A DNA stretch of 64,000 nucleotides from Tyzzerella sp. (GTDB taxonomy: Bacteria > Bacillota > Clostridia > Lachnospirales > Anaerotignaceae): the NCBI GenBank assembly GCA_019415525.1, contig DXZA01000081.1, positions 17,882 through 81,881 of the forward strand, read 5' to 3'. This document shows, piece after piece, positions 50,105 through 59,378 of this stretch. Positions within the stretch are counted from its first letter, which is position 1. Each line of letters starts with the position of its first letter. Below the pieces are notes generated by a model. It saw only the letters and a list, made by a program, of their open reading frames with translations. It did not search any database and was not told the origin of the DNA. The translations under genes and the position numbers were made by a program.

Positions 50105-50295
50105 AAATTACAAATGCATAACCTTTCCGCCGTCATAACCGCAACGGTAAATGAAACCGATGCATCTGCGTGGATTAATACATAAAAGGACGATACTCAT
50201 CAAAGGCCGCTAGGCATTTAGACCAAATATTTAGTATGCAAAATATATGACCTAAAAAACGACACACTCAGCGTGCATCTATTCTTTATATGTAT
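50105..50295 (-). promoter_or_regulatory. GC-rich structured 5' leader of bcd-etfBA (unclassified cis-regulatory RNA or sRNA candidate)
   Basis: A GC-rich island in AT-rich intergenic DNA, between a good promoter and the leader terminator. 5' GAGUGUGU can pair with 3' ACACACCC, and internal palindromes such as GAUGCAUC are present. Confidence 0.45.
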
Positions 50296-50301
50296 ACTTA
50301 C

Positions 50302-50330
50302 ACTTTACACCCTTGTCTATAATATGTCAA
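50302..50330 (-). promoter_or_regulatory. sigma-A-type promoter of bcd-etfBA
   Basis: TTGACA (50325-50330), 17 nt, TAAAGT (50302-50307) on the minus strand. Confidence 0.55.
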
Positions 50331-50477
50331 TATGTTTTATAAAAATTCTCTATAAAAAACAAAAGTGTCTAGTTATTTTATGTCAAAATATACATTTATA
50401 GTGCATCACTTTTTAAAAATCATATTTATAAAAGCCTTATTTAGCCTTTGAAACACATATTTAATATATTATCTAAA

Positions 50478-50516
50478 ATTTCACAAATTTATTTATTGTG
50501 AAATGAATATCACAAA
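50478..50516. promoter_or_regulatory. array of three TGTGA/TCACA half-sites (Rex- or CRP/FNR-like operator candidate)
   Basis: ATTTCACAA-N9-TTGTGAAAT is a perfect inverted repeat. It overlaps TTGTGA-N8-TCACAA. The array lies between the two acyl-CoA dehydrogenase genes. Confidence 0.4.
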
Positions 50517-50532
50517 TTAAAACTATTTTACA

Positions 50533-51678
50533 TTATTTACCAAGTTTTAACCAGTTAGAAATAACTATTTTCTGTACTTCTGATGTACCTTCATAAATTT
50601 CTGTAATCTTAGCATCTCTCATCATTCTTTCCATAGGATAATCTCTTGTATAGCCATATCCTCCAAAAAGCTGTAAGCATCTTCTTGTAACATCACTTGC
50701 AAGTTCAGCACATAAAAGTTTTGCCATTGCTGAAAGGTGTCCATATGGACGATGTGCATCTTTCTCAGAAGCAGCTTTTCTTAATAAAAGCTGACAGGAC
50801 TCTATCTTTGCTGCCATTTCTGCTATTTCAAATTGAGTATTTTGGAATTGAGCAATAGTTTTACCAAACTGCTTTCTTTCTTTTGTATAAGCAATACATT
50901 CATTTAATGCACCTTCTGCAATACCAAGTGCCTGAGACGCAATACCTATACGTCCTCCATCAAGAGTTTGCATAGCAACTTTAAACCCTTGACCTTCTTT
51001 TCCAAGAAGATTTTCTTTAGGAATACGGCAGTTTTCAAATATAAGGTCACATGTAGCAGAACCTTTTATACCCATTTTTCTTTCTTTTTTACCAAATTTG
51101 AATCCTTCTGTTCCTTTTTCAACTATGAAGGCAGAAATTCCTCTATTGCCTTTTGTTTTATCAGTCATAGCTATTACAACATATATATCAGCATAACCAC
51201 CATTTGTTATAAATACTTTTGTTCCATTAAGAACATATTCATCACCATCAAGTACAGCTGTTGTTTGCTGCATAGATGAGTCTGTACCTGCTCCTGGTTC
51301 AGTAAGACCAAAAGCACCTAATTTTTCACCTTTTGCAAGAGGAACAAGATATTTTTGTTTTTGTTCTTCTGTACCAAATTGGAAAATAGGCTGACAGCAT
51401 AAAGATGTATGAGCAGAAATAATTACAGCTGTTGTCGCACAGACTTTAGCCATTTCCTCAACACACATAGAATATGCAAGGTTATCAGCACCTTGTCCAC
51501 CATATTCTTTAGGAAAAGGTATACCCATAAAACCACAAGCTGCAAATTTTTTCAGATTTTCTTCAGGAAATCTCTCCTCTTCATCAAGAGTTTCTGCGAG
51601 AGGTTTAACTTCTGTTTCAGCAAACTTTCTATAAAGTTCCTGCATTAAAATCTGTTCTTTTGTCAAAGTAAAATCCAT
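50533..51678 (-). CDS. acyl-CoA dehydrogenase, paralog of the bcd-like gene
   Basis: 381 aa, colinear with the downstream ACAD and sharing many blocks (GLTEPGAGTD, ITEIYEGTSE). Confidence 0.9.
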   Translation of the reverse strand: MDFTLTKEQILMQELYRKFAETEVKPLAETLDEEERFPEENLKKFAACGFMGIPFPKEYGGQGADNLAYSMCVEEMAKVCATTAVIISAHTSLCCQPIFQFGTEEQKQKYLVPLAKGEKLGAFGLTEPGAGTDSSMQQTTAVLDGDEYVLNGTKVFITNGGYADIYVVIAMTDKTKGNRGISAFIVEKGTEGFKFGKKERKMGIKGSATCDLIFENCRIPKENLLGKEGQGFKVAMQTLDGGRIGIASQALGIAEGALNECIAYTKERKQFGKTIAQFQNTQFEIAEMAAKIESCQLLLRKAASEKDAHRPYGHLSAMAKLLCAELASDVTRRCLQLFGGYGYTRDYPMERMMRDAKITEIYEGTSEVQKIVISNWLKLGK

Positions 51679-51864
51679 GATATTTCCTCCTTAAAACAGA
51701 TGCTAAAACTTTAAAGTATCAAAATTTTTTTTGATACATCTAGTATTTATGTTATATAATCGTTGATTATTTGTCAAGTTTTTCATCATATTTACTTAAA
51801 AAAATACAATAATTTTAACACTTTGTTGAATTATTCACTTTTTTGAATTATTTTTCAACTTTTA

Positions 51865-52428
51865 TTATGTTAAATTTTTACTAATCTTTTTAAGTTCAGC
51901 ACTAAATAATGGCTTATAAATAAGTTTAGGACCTTTTCTTACACTTTCCATAAGTGTTATTTTTTCAACTTTAAATTCTTTATGTTCAACAGGGAATTTT
52001 CCTCTAAGATTTTTAAAATTATTATAAAATTCAACTTCTCTACCAAGAGTTATATGTGGTTTTAAACCTTGTCTACCTGTTGAATAACCTTCTCTAGAAA
52101 GAGATTTTGAAAGACTGTTATAAAGTCTAAAAAGAGGTTTACATTCCTCTATACCCATCCATAATATACTACTGTTACCTTTATTAAATGTTCCAAGCTC
52201 ATCAAGCTTAATAGTAAATTCTTTATTTTGCGATGCACCAGAATATAAAGCAGTACAAAGCCCATCTATTTCATTTCTACCTACTTCACCAATAAAATGA
52301 AGTGTAATATGAAAATTATCTTTAGGAACAAAATTTCCTTTTTTTGTTGCAGTTTTCACATTTTCCTGAACATTAGAAATATAATCCTTAATTTCTTCAG
52401 AAAAATCTATTGCCATAAATACTCTCAT
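51865..52428 (-). CDS. thpR: RNA 2',3'-cyclic phosphodiesterase (2H phosphoesterase, LigT/ThpR)
   Basis: Two HxT/S motifs (FHITLHF and PHITLGR). The ATG at 52428 lies behind GAAGG. Confidence 0.85.
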   Translation of the reverse strand: MRVFMAIDFSEEIKDYISNVQENVKTATKKGNFVPKDNFHITLHFIGEVGRNEIDGLCTALYSGASQNKEFTIKLDELGTFNKGNSSILWMGIEECKPLFRLYNSLSKSLSREGYSTGRQGLKPHITLGREVEFYNNFKNLRGKFPVEHKEFKVEKITLMESVRKGPKLIYKPLFSAELKKISKNLT

Positions 52429-52448
52429 AAACATACCTTCTTTCATAT

Positions 52449-52479
52449 AAAAAAGGGTTATGCATAAGCCTAACCCTTT
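52449..52479 (-). terminator. intrinsic terminator after thrC
   Basis: AAGGGTTA/TAACCCTT stem with a U-run on the minus strand. It lies unusually close to the thpR start. Confidence 0.55.
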
Positions 52480-52539
52480 GAAATTTATAATAATTATAAA
52501 ATAAAAAAGGGATTTAAAAAACCCCTTTTAAAATATATT

Positions 52540-54000
52540 TTATTTAAGTTTTTCTCTTACAAAATTTTTAATGCCATCTCTTTCACAAATATTTTTATGA
52601 AGAACAGGTCTCTTTTCTATACCTTTTATTGTTTCAGGAATAGCTACTTTTGAAATTTCTTCAAGTTCTTTCATAAGTTCAATAGCATCTTTGCTTTCAT
52701 ATTTACTATCTATTGCACAAAGAACATCTTTTGTAAATTTGTATGGGCTTGCTGTTGAAACAATAACTGTTTTTGTTTCATCTTTTGTTTCATTTTTATA
52801 TTTTTCATATGCAGCATATGCAACAGCTGTATGAGTATCAAGTACATATCCTGTTTTTTCATACATATCTTTTATTGCTGCAAATGTTTCATCTTTAGTT
52901 GCAAATTCTCCAACAATCTCATCATTTTTAATATCAACGCTATATTTACCTTCTTTTGAAAGAGAAGCCATAAGCTCTTTTGTTTTTTCCTGTGATGTAA
53001 GTTTACAAAGAAGTCTTTCAAGGTTGCTTGAAATAAGTATATCCATTGAAGGTGATACTGTTACCATAAATTCTCTGTTTTTATCATATGTACCTGTTTT
53101 AAAGAAGTCATAAAGAACTTTATTATCATTTGAAGCACATATAAATTTATTTACAGGAAGTCCCATACATTTTGCATAATATCCAGCAAGTATATTTCCA
53201 AAGTTACCTGTTGGAACAGTAAAGTTTACTTTTTCTCCAACTTTAATTTCGCCACTTCTTACCATTTGCATATATGCATAGAAATAATATACAACCTGTG
53301 GAACAAGACGACCTATATTTATTGAATTTGCTGATGAGAACATAAATCCTTTATCATCAAGTTCTTTAATAAGTTCTGGGTCTGTAAATATACTTTTAAC
53401 AGCAGACTGAGCATCATCAAAGTTGCCTTTTATACCAACAACACAAGTATTCTTTCCTTCCTGTGTAACCATTTGAAGTTTCTGAACAGGGCTTACACCA
53501 TCTTCTGGGAAAAATACCATTATTCTTGTACCAGAAACATCAGCAAAACCTTCAAGAGCAGCTTTACCTGTATCTCCTGATGTAGCTGTAAGTATAACTA
53601 TTTCTTTATCAATTCCATTTTTCTTTGCAGCAGTTTTCATAAGATATGGAAGTATTGAAAGTGCCATATCTTTAAAAGCAAGAGTTCTTCCATGGAAAAG
53701 CTCAAGAATTGATACATCATTCTGTTTTACAAGAGGTGCAATAACATCTGTATCAAACTTACTGTCATAAGCATTATTTATACAATACTTAAGTTCTTCC
53801 TCTGTATAGTCATTCATATAAAGTTTCATAACTTCATAAGCAAGTTCTTGATAACTTAAATTTACAAGTTCATCAAGGCTTTTATCCATTACAGGTATTT
53901 CATCTGGCATAAAAAGACCACCGTCTTCACATATACCTTTTAAAACAGCCTTTGATGCATCTGATGTTATATTTGGATTTCTTGTTCCTACATACTTCAT
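52540..54000 (-). CDS. thrC: threonine synthase (long form)
   Basis: MKYVGTRN N-terminus and PLP-lysine context TLAFKDMAL. The ATG at 54000 lies behind GAAGGAAAG, and the track's longer ORF is an upstream extension. Confidence 0.92.
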   Translation of the reverse strand: MKYVGTRNPNITSDASKAVLKGICEDGGLFMPDEIPVMDKSLDELVNLSYQELAYEVMKLYMNDYTEEELKYCINNAYDSKFDTDVIAPLVKQNDVSILELFHGRTLAFKDMALSILPYLMKTAAKKNGIDKEIVILTATSGDTGKAALEGFADVSGTRIMVFFPEDGVSPVQKLQMVTQEGKNTCVVGIKGNFDDAQSAVKSIFTDPELIKELDDKGFMFSSANSINIGRLVPQVVYYFYAYMQMVRSGEIKVGEKVNFTVPTGNFGNILAGYYAKCMGLPVNKFICASNDNKVLYDFFKTGTYDKNREFMVTVSPSMDILISSNLERLLCKLTSQEKTKELMASLSKEGKYSVDIKNDEIVGEFATKDETFAAIKDMYEKTGYVLDTHTAVAYAAYEKYKNETKDETKTVIVSTASPYKFTKDVLCAIDSKYESKDAIELMKELEEISKVAIPETIKGIEKRPVLHKNICERDGIKNFVREKLK

Positions 54001-54128
54001 AAAACTTTCCTTCTCTCTATGTAAAATTATAATATTTAAAATAAACAACATAGATATATATTTACAGAAAATCTTAAAAATGTCAAGCATAAAAATACAT
54101 TTGTCCTTCACAGACGAAATAATTTAAC

Positions 54129-54153
54129 AAAAAAAAGCCCATAAGGGCTTTTT
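54129..54153 (-). terminator. intrinsic terminator after the nitroreductase gene
   Basis: AAGCCC-uuau-GGGCUU followed by U8 on the minus strand, directly after the stop codon. Confidence 0.8.
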
Positions 54154-54945
54154 TTATCTCCAAGAAACATCTGCATTTTTTCTTGGAACAGTTCTTTTGA
54201 AATTAACATCTGGATATCCAACAAGCATTGCTGTAACAATATTCTTTCCTTCTGTAACACCAATATATTCTTTAACTTCAGGAATTGCTTCTGTAAGTAA
54301 TGCAAGGTATCCATCATAAAGCACACCAAGATTTTGTACAACAGCCATGTTCTCCATATTTTGAGATGCAAGACCACCATCAACAACTTTATCATTTGCA
54401 ACAAATATTACAACAGGTGCATTTCTGAATATAAAATCATTTTCTGGATTTTTAAGCTTATTTCTAAGAAATCTATGTATTTCTTTTGGAACAAGCTTTC
54501 CTTTTTCTTCATCTTTTAAAAGTTTTTCAAGACCTTTCCAAAAAACATTTTTTAATTCTTCAATATCATTCTGAATAACTATAAACTGATTACTTTGAGT
54601 ATTTTTTGCAGTTGCTGTATATCTTCCAGCCTCTATTATATTCTTAAGCTTTTCTTTTTCTACCTGAATATTTTTATATTTTCTTATACTTCTTCTTGAT
54701 TTTATAATATAAAGATAGTCTTCAGCAGTTAAAGTAATATTTTTATTACATTCCACAATGCCTTCTTTTTCATAATCATCTATTTCAACTGCATCAACTG
54801 GACAGACAGCTATACAATGTCCACATTGCATACATTGCATGTTGCGATTACCTGCTTTTCCATTTCTTACAGATATTATACCAAAAGGACATTCTAAGCT
54901 ACATAAGCCACAGCCAATACACTTTTCCTCATTAAATTTAACCAT
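54154..54945 (-). CDS. nitroreductase-family protein with N-terminal 2x[4Fe-4S] ferredoxin domain
   Basis: CIGCGLCSLECP and CMQCGHCIAVCP clusters followed by a nitroreductase fold (RRSIRKY). Confidence 0.88.
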   Translation of the reverse strand: MVKFNEEKCIGCGLCSLECPFGIISVRNGKAGNRNMQCMQCGHCIAVCPVDAVEIDDYEKEGIVECNKNITLTAEDYLYIIKSRRSIRKYKNIQVEKEKLKNIIEAGRYTATAKNTQSNQFIVIQNDIEELKNVFWKGLEKLLKDEEKGKLVPKEIHRFLRNKLKNPENDFIFRNAPVVIFVANDKVVDGGLASQNMENMAVVQNLGVLYDGYLALLTEAIPEVKEYIGVTEGKNIVTAMLVGYPDVNFKRTVPRKNADVSWR

Positions 54946-54963
54946 TTAATTTTCCCCCTATTA

Positions 54964-56922
54964 TTAGCTTTTTTTCTTATGAACATTTCTTATAGTTTTC
55001 TTTTTAGTTTTATCATTTTTAGGCTTAGCAGAATTTTTATTTTTAATATCAGATGATTTTCTTGGCTTTGCAAATCCATTTTGTTTCTGTTTTGACCTAT
55101 CTGTTTTTGAACCTCTAAAAGCTACTCCTCCAAAATTTCTAGGACGTATAAGACAATGTTTATCAAAACCTATAAGGTCTTCTCTATGAGCCTTTTTAAG
55201 CGCCTCCATAACAAGGTCATAGTTATTAGGATTTCTATACTGCATTAACGCTCTTTGCATAGCTTTTTCATGAGGAGTTTTAGGCACATAAACTTTCTCT
55301 CCTGTTCTTGGGTCTTCTTCTGTATAATACATACAAGTTGAAAGTGTCCCTGGTGTAGGATAAAAATCTTGAACCTGTTCTGGCATATGACCAATATCTC
55401 TTAAATATTCTGCAAGTTCTATGGCTGCATCAATATCACTTCCTGGATGAGAGCTCATAAGATATGGTACAAGATACTGTTCTTTACCTATATTTTTATT
55501 TATTTCATAATATCTCTTATAAAACTTATCATAAACTTCTCTTGTAGGTTTACCCATTTTGGCAAGAACTCTAGGAGAAACATGTTCAGGGGCAACTTTA
55601 AGCTGTCCACTTACATGATATTTACAAAGTTCTTTAAAGAATGTTTCATCTTTATCATAAATGAGATAATCGTAACGTATACCGGAACGTACGAAAACTT
55701 TTTTAACTCTTGGAATTTCTCTAAGTTTTCTTAAAAGTGATACATAGTCTTTATGGTCTATTTTAAGATTTTTACATGGTGTTGGGAAAAGACATTGTCT
55801 ATGTTTACAAACACCTTCTGTTTCTTGTTTTTTACAAGCAGAACCTCTAAAGTTTGCAGTTGGTCCTCCAACATCATGAATATAACCTTTAAAGTCAGGT
55901 TCCCAAACTATTTTTTCAGCTTCTCTTATAATTGAACTATGACTTCTTGCAGTAACAACTCGTCCTTGATGAAAAGCTAACGCACAGAAATTACAACTTC
56001 CAAAACAACCTCTATTACTTATAAGACTAAATTTAACCTCTTCAATAGCAGGAATACCACCATCTTTTTCATACATAGGGTGATATGTTCTCATATAATC
56101 AAGAGCATAAACACTATCAAGTTCATTCATTTTAAGAGGTGGAGAAGGTGGATTTTGTACTACAAGCCACTCATCATATTCTTCCACAAGAGTTTTTGCT
56201 GTTATAGCATCAGTATTTTCATACTGTATCATAAAACTTTTTGAATACTCTTTTTTAGATTTTAAAACATCTTTATACTTAGGAAGTTTTATAAAATCAT
56301 ATGGTCTTGACTCATCTTTAGTTTTATAAACAGAGCCTTTTATAAAAGTAATTTCACTTATAGGAATACCACTATCTAAAGCTTCTGCAAGTTCAGTAAT
56401 TTGATGTTCACCCATTCCATAAAGAACAAGGTCAGCACCACTATCAAGAAGTATTGAACGTCTTACTTTATTATCCCAATAATCATAATGAGAAAGTCTT
56501 CTAAGACTTGCTTCTATTCCACCAAGTATTATTGGAACATCTTTATAAACTTCTCTAATTTTGTTTGAATATACAATAGCTGCTCTATCAGGACGAAGAC
56601 CCATTTTCCCACCTGGAGAATAAGCGTCTTTTTGTCGTCTTTTTTTAGCAACACTATAATGATTTACCATTGAATCTATATTACCACTACTTACAAGAAA
56701 ACCAAGACGAGGTTTTCCAAGTTTCATAAATTCCTCTTTTTTATTCCAGTCTGGCTGTGCAATAAAGCCTACTTTATACCCTTTGCTTTCAAGAACTCTA
56801 CATATTATAGCAGCACCAAAAGAAGGGTGGTCAACATATGCATCACCACATACATATATAAAGTCAGCCTGTTCCCAGCCTCTTTCTTTCATTTCTTCCA
56901 TTGTTACAGGTAAGAAAGGCAT
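54964..56922 (-). CDS. ygiQ: YgiQ-family (UPF0313) radical SAM protein
   Basis: [12 protein letters not shown]-terminus and radical-SAM CxxxCxxC (GCFGSCNFC), with a basic C-terminal tail. Confidence 0.9.
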   Translation of the reverse strand: MPFLPVTMEEMKERGWEQADFIYVCGDAYVDHPSFGAAIICRVLESKGYKVGFIAQPDWNKKEEFMKLGKPRLGFLVSSGNIDSMVNHYSVAKKRRQKDAYSPGGKMGLRPDRAAIVYSNKIREVYKDVPIILGGIEASLRRLSHYDYWDNKVRRSILLDSGADLVLYGMGEHQITELAEALDSGIPISEITFIKGSVYKTKDESRPYDFIKLPKYKDVLKSKKEYSKSFMIQYENTDAITAKTLVEEYDEWLVVQNPPSPPLKMNELDSVYALDYMRTYHPMYEKDGGIPAIEEVKFSLISNRGCFGSCNFCALAFHQGRVVTARSHSSIIREAEKIVWEPDFKGYIHDVGGPTANFRGSACKKQETEGVCKHRQCLFPTPCKNLKIDHKDYVSLLRKLREIPRVKKVFVRSGIRYDYLIYDKDETFFKELCKYHVSGQLKVAPEHVSPRVLAKMGKPTREVYDKFYKRYYEINKNIGKEQYLVPYLMSSHPGSDIDAAIELAEYLRDIGHMPEQVQDFYPTPGTLSTCMYYTEEDPRTGEKVYVPKTPHEKAMQRALMQYRNPNNYDLVMEALKKAHREDLIGFDKHCLIRPRNFGGVAFRGSKTDRSKQKQNGFAKPRKSSDIKNKNSAKPKNDKTKKKTIRNVHKKKS

Positions 56923-56953
56923 AATATTCCTCTTTTCTATTTTTATATATTTT

Positions 56954-58324
56954 TTATTCCCATTTCCAACTTACAAAATATTTATTTTTTATTCTACCAT
57001 TTTTGATTTTACCCCAACCAAGAGGATTTCCATCAACAAGTACAACACACCAGCCTTCACCGTCACAATCAACATCAATAGTTTCACCTTTAAGATATTT
57101 TATAACATTAGGGTCTGAAAGTGGAAGGTCAACGGCAATTTTTATATCTTCTTTTTTAAGTCCCATTACAAAAGCCTGTGAAGGTTCAAATCTATTCTTT
57201 TTAAGTTCACCAAGAAGCCAGCCACTTCTTATCACTCTAAGTCCTTTAAGTGCTGGAACACCTTTAGGTAATAAATAAAGGTATGTACCATAAATTTTAA
57301 ATACACCTTCAGGACGTATATTTAAGTATTTATCACAAAATTCATAGAAAAATTCTATTCTTTTATCATTATCACTTTTTTCTTCTGCAAAAAGTGCAGA
57401 TGACTGATATTTTTCTTCTTTATGTCTTAAAAGTGCAAGGAAATGACCTTCACCCTTTATTTTATGAGGAAAAAGTCTTGCACAACCTTTAAGTTCTTCT
57501 TTGCCATTTTCAATCCAATCTGGGTGCCCTGGCTCAAATCCATATTCATCTGATATTTTAACAACTTCAAATTCATCATGTTTATTAAGGAAATCATTTA
57601 CACTTTTTTCATTTTCCTCCGGTGCAAATGTACATGTTGAATAAAGTATCATACCACCACTTTTAAGCATAGCTGCTGCATGTTCAAGTATATCTGCCTG
57701 TTGCTCAACACAGAATTTACTCATACTTTCGCCCCAAGCCTTCATAACATCTGGCTCTTTTCTAAACATACCTTCACCGGAACAAGGAGCATCTATAATT
57801 ATTTTATCAAAATATCCCTCAAACTTTGTACGAAGTTTTTTAGGTGATTCATTTGTTATTATAGTATTTCTAATACCGAATATTTCAATATTCTTTACAA
57901 GCGCTTTTATACGGCTTGTACTAATATCATTTGAAACAAGAACTCCTGTATTATTAAGTCTAGCTCCAACTTGTGTACTTTTTCCTCCTGGTGCAGCACA
58001 AATATCAAGTACTCTGTCACCCTCTTCTATATCTATAACAGCCCCTGGTGACATAGCACTTGGCTCTTGAAGATAATACATACCTGCATGATAATATGGG
58101 TGTTTTGAAGGTCTTTCTCCTTCTTTATAATAAAATCCTTCTTTGCACCAATGTACATCTTCTGTTTCATATATATTTCTTTCTAAAAATTCCTCTCTGG
58201 AAATTTTCATTGTATTTATTCTAAGTCCATATAAGCGTTTATCACCAAAAGACTTTTCATATGCTTCATATTCATCACCAAGCATATTTTTCATTTTTTC
58301 AACAAATTCCAAAGGCAGATTCAT
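56954..58324 (-). CDS. RsmB/RsmF-family RNA m5C methyltransferase (NOL1/NOP2/Sun) with PUA-like C-terminus
   Basis: SAM motif CAAPGGKST and catalytic DAPCSGEG. The ATG at 58324 lies behind AAGGAGAG. Confidence 0.88.
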   Translation of the reverse strand: MNLPLEFVEKMKNMLGDEYEAYEKSFGDKRLYGLRINTMKISREEFLERNIYETEDVHWCKEGFYYKEGERPSKHPYYHAGMYYLQEPSAMSPGAVIDIEEGDRVLDICAAPGGKSTQVGARLNNTGVLVSNDISTSRIKALVKNIEIFGIRNTIITNESPKKLRTKFEGYFDKIIIDAPCSGEGMFRKEPDVMKAWGESMSKFCVEQQADILEHAAAMLKSGGMILYSTCTFAPEENEKSVNDFLNKHDEFEVVKISDEYGFEPGHPDWIENGKEELKGCARLFPHKIKGEGHFLALLRHKEEKYQSSALFAEEKSDNDKRIEFFYEFCDKYLNIRPEGVFKIYGTYLYLLPKGVPALKGLRVIRSGWLLGELKKNRFEPSQAFVMGLKKEDIKIAVDLPLSDPNVIKYLKGETIDVDCDGEGWCVVLVDGNPLGWGKIKNGRIKNKYFVSWKWE

Positions 58325-58473
58325 ATTTCTACTCTCCTTAAACAATTTTAGTCTGACATTTAATTTTACATAAAAAACTCTACTATTACAATATTATTTT
58401 ATACTATTACCTTTACAAAATCAAAAACTTAATATAATATATTCACAGTAAAAATTTGAAAGGAGAAAGCATA

Positions 58474-59112
58474 ATGGGAAAATCAGTATGGAAACCTGGT
58501 ACAGTTGTATATCCTGTTCCTGCGGTAATGGTATCCTGTGGAGATATAGACGGAGAAAAAAATATAATAACTGTTGCTTGGACAGGTACAATAAATACAA
58601 ATCCACCTATGACATATGTATCAATAAGACCTGAAAGACACTCTTATGAAATGATTAAAAAAAGTGGTGAATTTGTAATAAATCTTGTAACAGAAAAACT
58701 TGCGTATGCTTGTGATTATTGTGGAGTACGTTCAGGAAAAGATGTTGATAAATTCAAAGAAATGAAACTTACTGCCGTAAAGGGAAATGAGGTTTCATCA
58801 CCTTTAATATATGAGTCACCGGTAAATATAGAGTGTAAAGTAAAAGATATAGTAGAATTAGGCAGTCATCATATGTTTATAGGAGAAGTTGTTTCTGTAA
58901 GCGTGAGTGATGAGTATATGGACGAAACAGGAAAATTCCATTTTAATAAATCAAAACCTATATGCTATTCTCATGGCGGATATTTTGGACTTGGAAAACA
59001 ACTTGGAACATTCGGATATTCAGTAAAAAAACAAGATAATAAAAAAGAAAACTCTCCAAAAAAAGAACGTTGGAGAAAAACAGGACGAAAAAATATAAAA
59101 AAGAAAAAATAA
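58474..59112 (+). CDS. flavin reductase-like (split-barrel FMN-binding) protein with Lys-rich C-terminal tail
   Basis: VAWTGTINTNPPM...INL motif pattern. The ATG at 58474 lies behind AAGGAGAAAG. The last roughly 35 aa are K/R-rich. Confidence 0.85.
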   Translation: MGKSVWKPGTVVYPVPAVMVSCGDIDGEKNIITVAWTGTINTNPPMTYVSIRPERHSYEMIKKSGEFVINLVTEKLAYACDYCGVRSGKDVDKFKEMKLTAVKGNEVSSPLIYESPVNIECKVKDIVELGSHHMFIGEVVSVSVSDEYMDETGKFHFNKSKPICYSHGGYFGLGKQLGTFGYSVKKQDNKKENSPKKERWRKTGRKNIKKKK

Positions 59113-59133
59113 AGAGGGTATAAACCCTCTTTT
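59110..59133. repeat. 24-nt direct repeat, copy 1 (includes the flavin reductase stop codon and a terminator hairpin)
   Basis: TAAAGAGGGTATAAACCCTCTTTT is identical to 59355-59378. Confidence 0.95.
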
Positions 59134-59354
59134 CAGACTGTCAAAAAACCTATTTTTAAAATTTTTGATACCGCTGAAGGGTAAAGGGAAACAAAGAGTT
59201 TCCATTTTTTAATCCGCAGACGGAATTGACTTCTGTCGAGGAAAACAGCGGGTTTCGAGGAATTTATGACGATGGAACTCGTCTGTTTATTCCTCTGTCT
59301 ATTTCGTCAAAATCCTGATTTTGACGAGAGTGTGTCGACTTTTTCGACACACTC
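59134..59354 (+). other. 221-bp GC-richer, hairpin-dense noncoding insert (MITE-like element or ncRNA candidate)
   Basis: At least five stems are visible. They are GGAAAC/GTTTCC plus T6 (59187-59210), AATCCG/CGGAATT, CAGACG/CGTCTG (long range), CGTCAAAA/TTTTGACG (59305-59326) and GAGTGTGTCGA/TCGACACACTC (59328-59354). Confidence 0.5.
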
Positions 59355-59378
59355 TAAAGAGGGTATAAACCCTCTTTT
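59355..59378. repeat. 24-nt direct repeat, copy 2 (bidirectional terminator abutting the minus-strand gene stop)
   Basis: Identical to 59110-59133, with AGAGGG-tataaa-CCCTCT hairpin followed by T4. Confidence 0.95.

Noticed and set aside
50195-50215. UUGAUGAG in the bcd leader and CUGAUUUUGACGAG at about 59314-59327, considered as hammerhead ribozyme cores.
   Set aside because: The CUGAUGA box is imperfect, and the required GAAA and cleavage-site elements with flanking stems are not present in the right arrangement.
51826-51864. TTGTTGAATTATTCAC and direct TTGAATTATT repeats upstream of the second ACAD gene, considered as a Rex box.
   Set aside because: The match to TTGTGAA-N4-TTCACAA or TTGTTAA-N4-TTAACAA is only partial, with the right half about 4/7. 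Such matches are expected by chance in DNA this AT-rich.
54108-54404. 98-aa minus-strand ORF overlapping the 3' end of the nitroreductase gene and its terminator.
   Set aside because: It is an out-of-frame overlap with a well-supported gene, spans an intrinsic terminator, and has no RBS.
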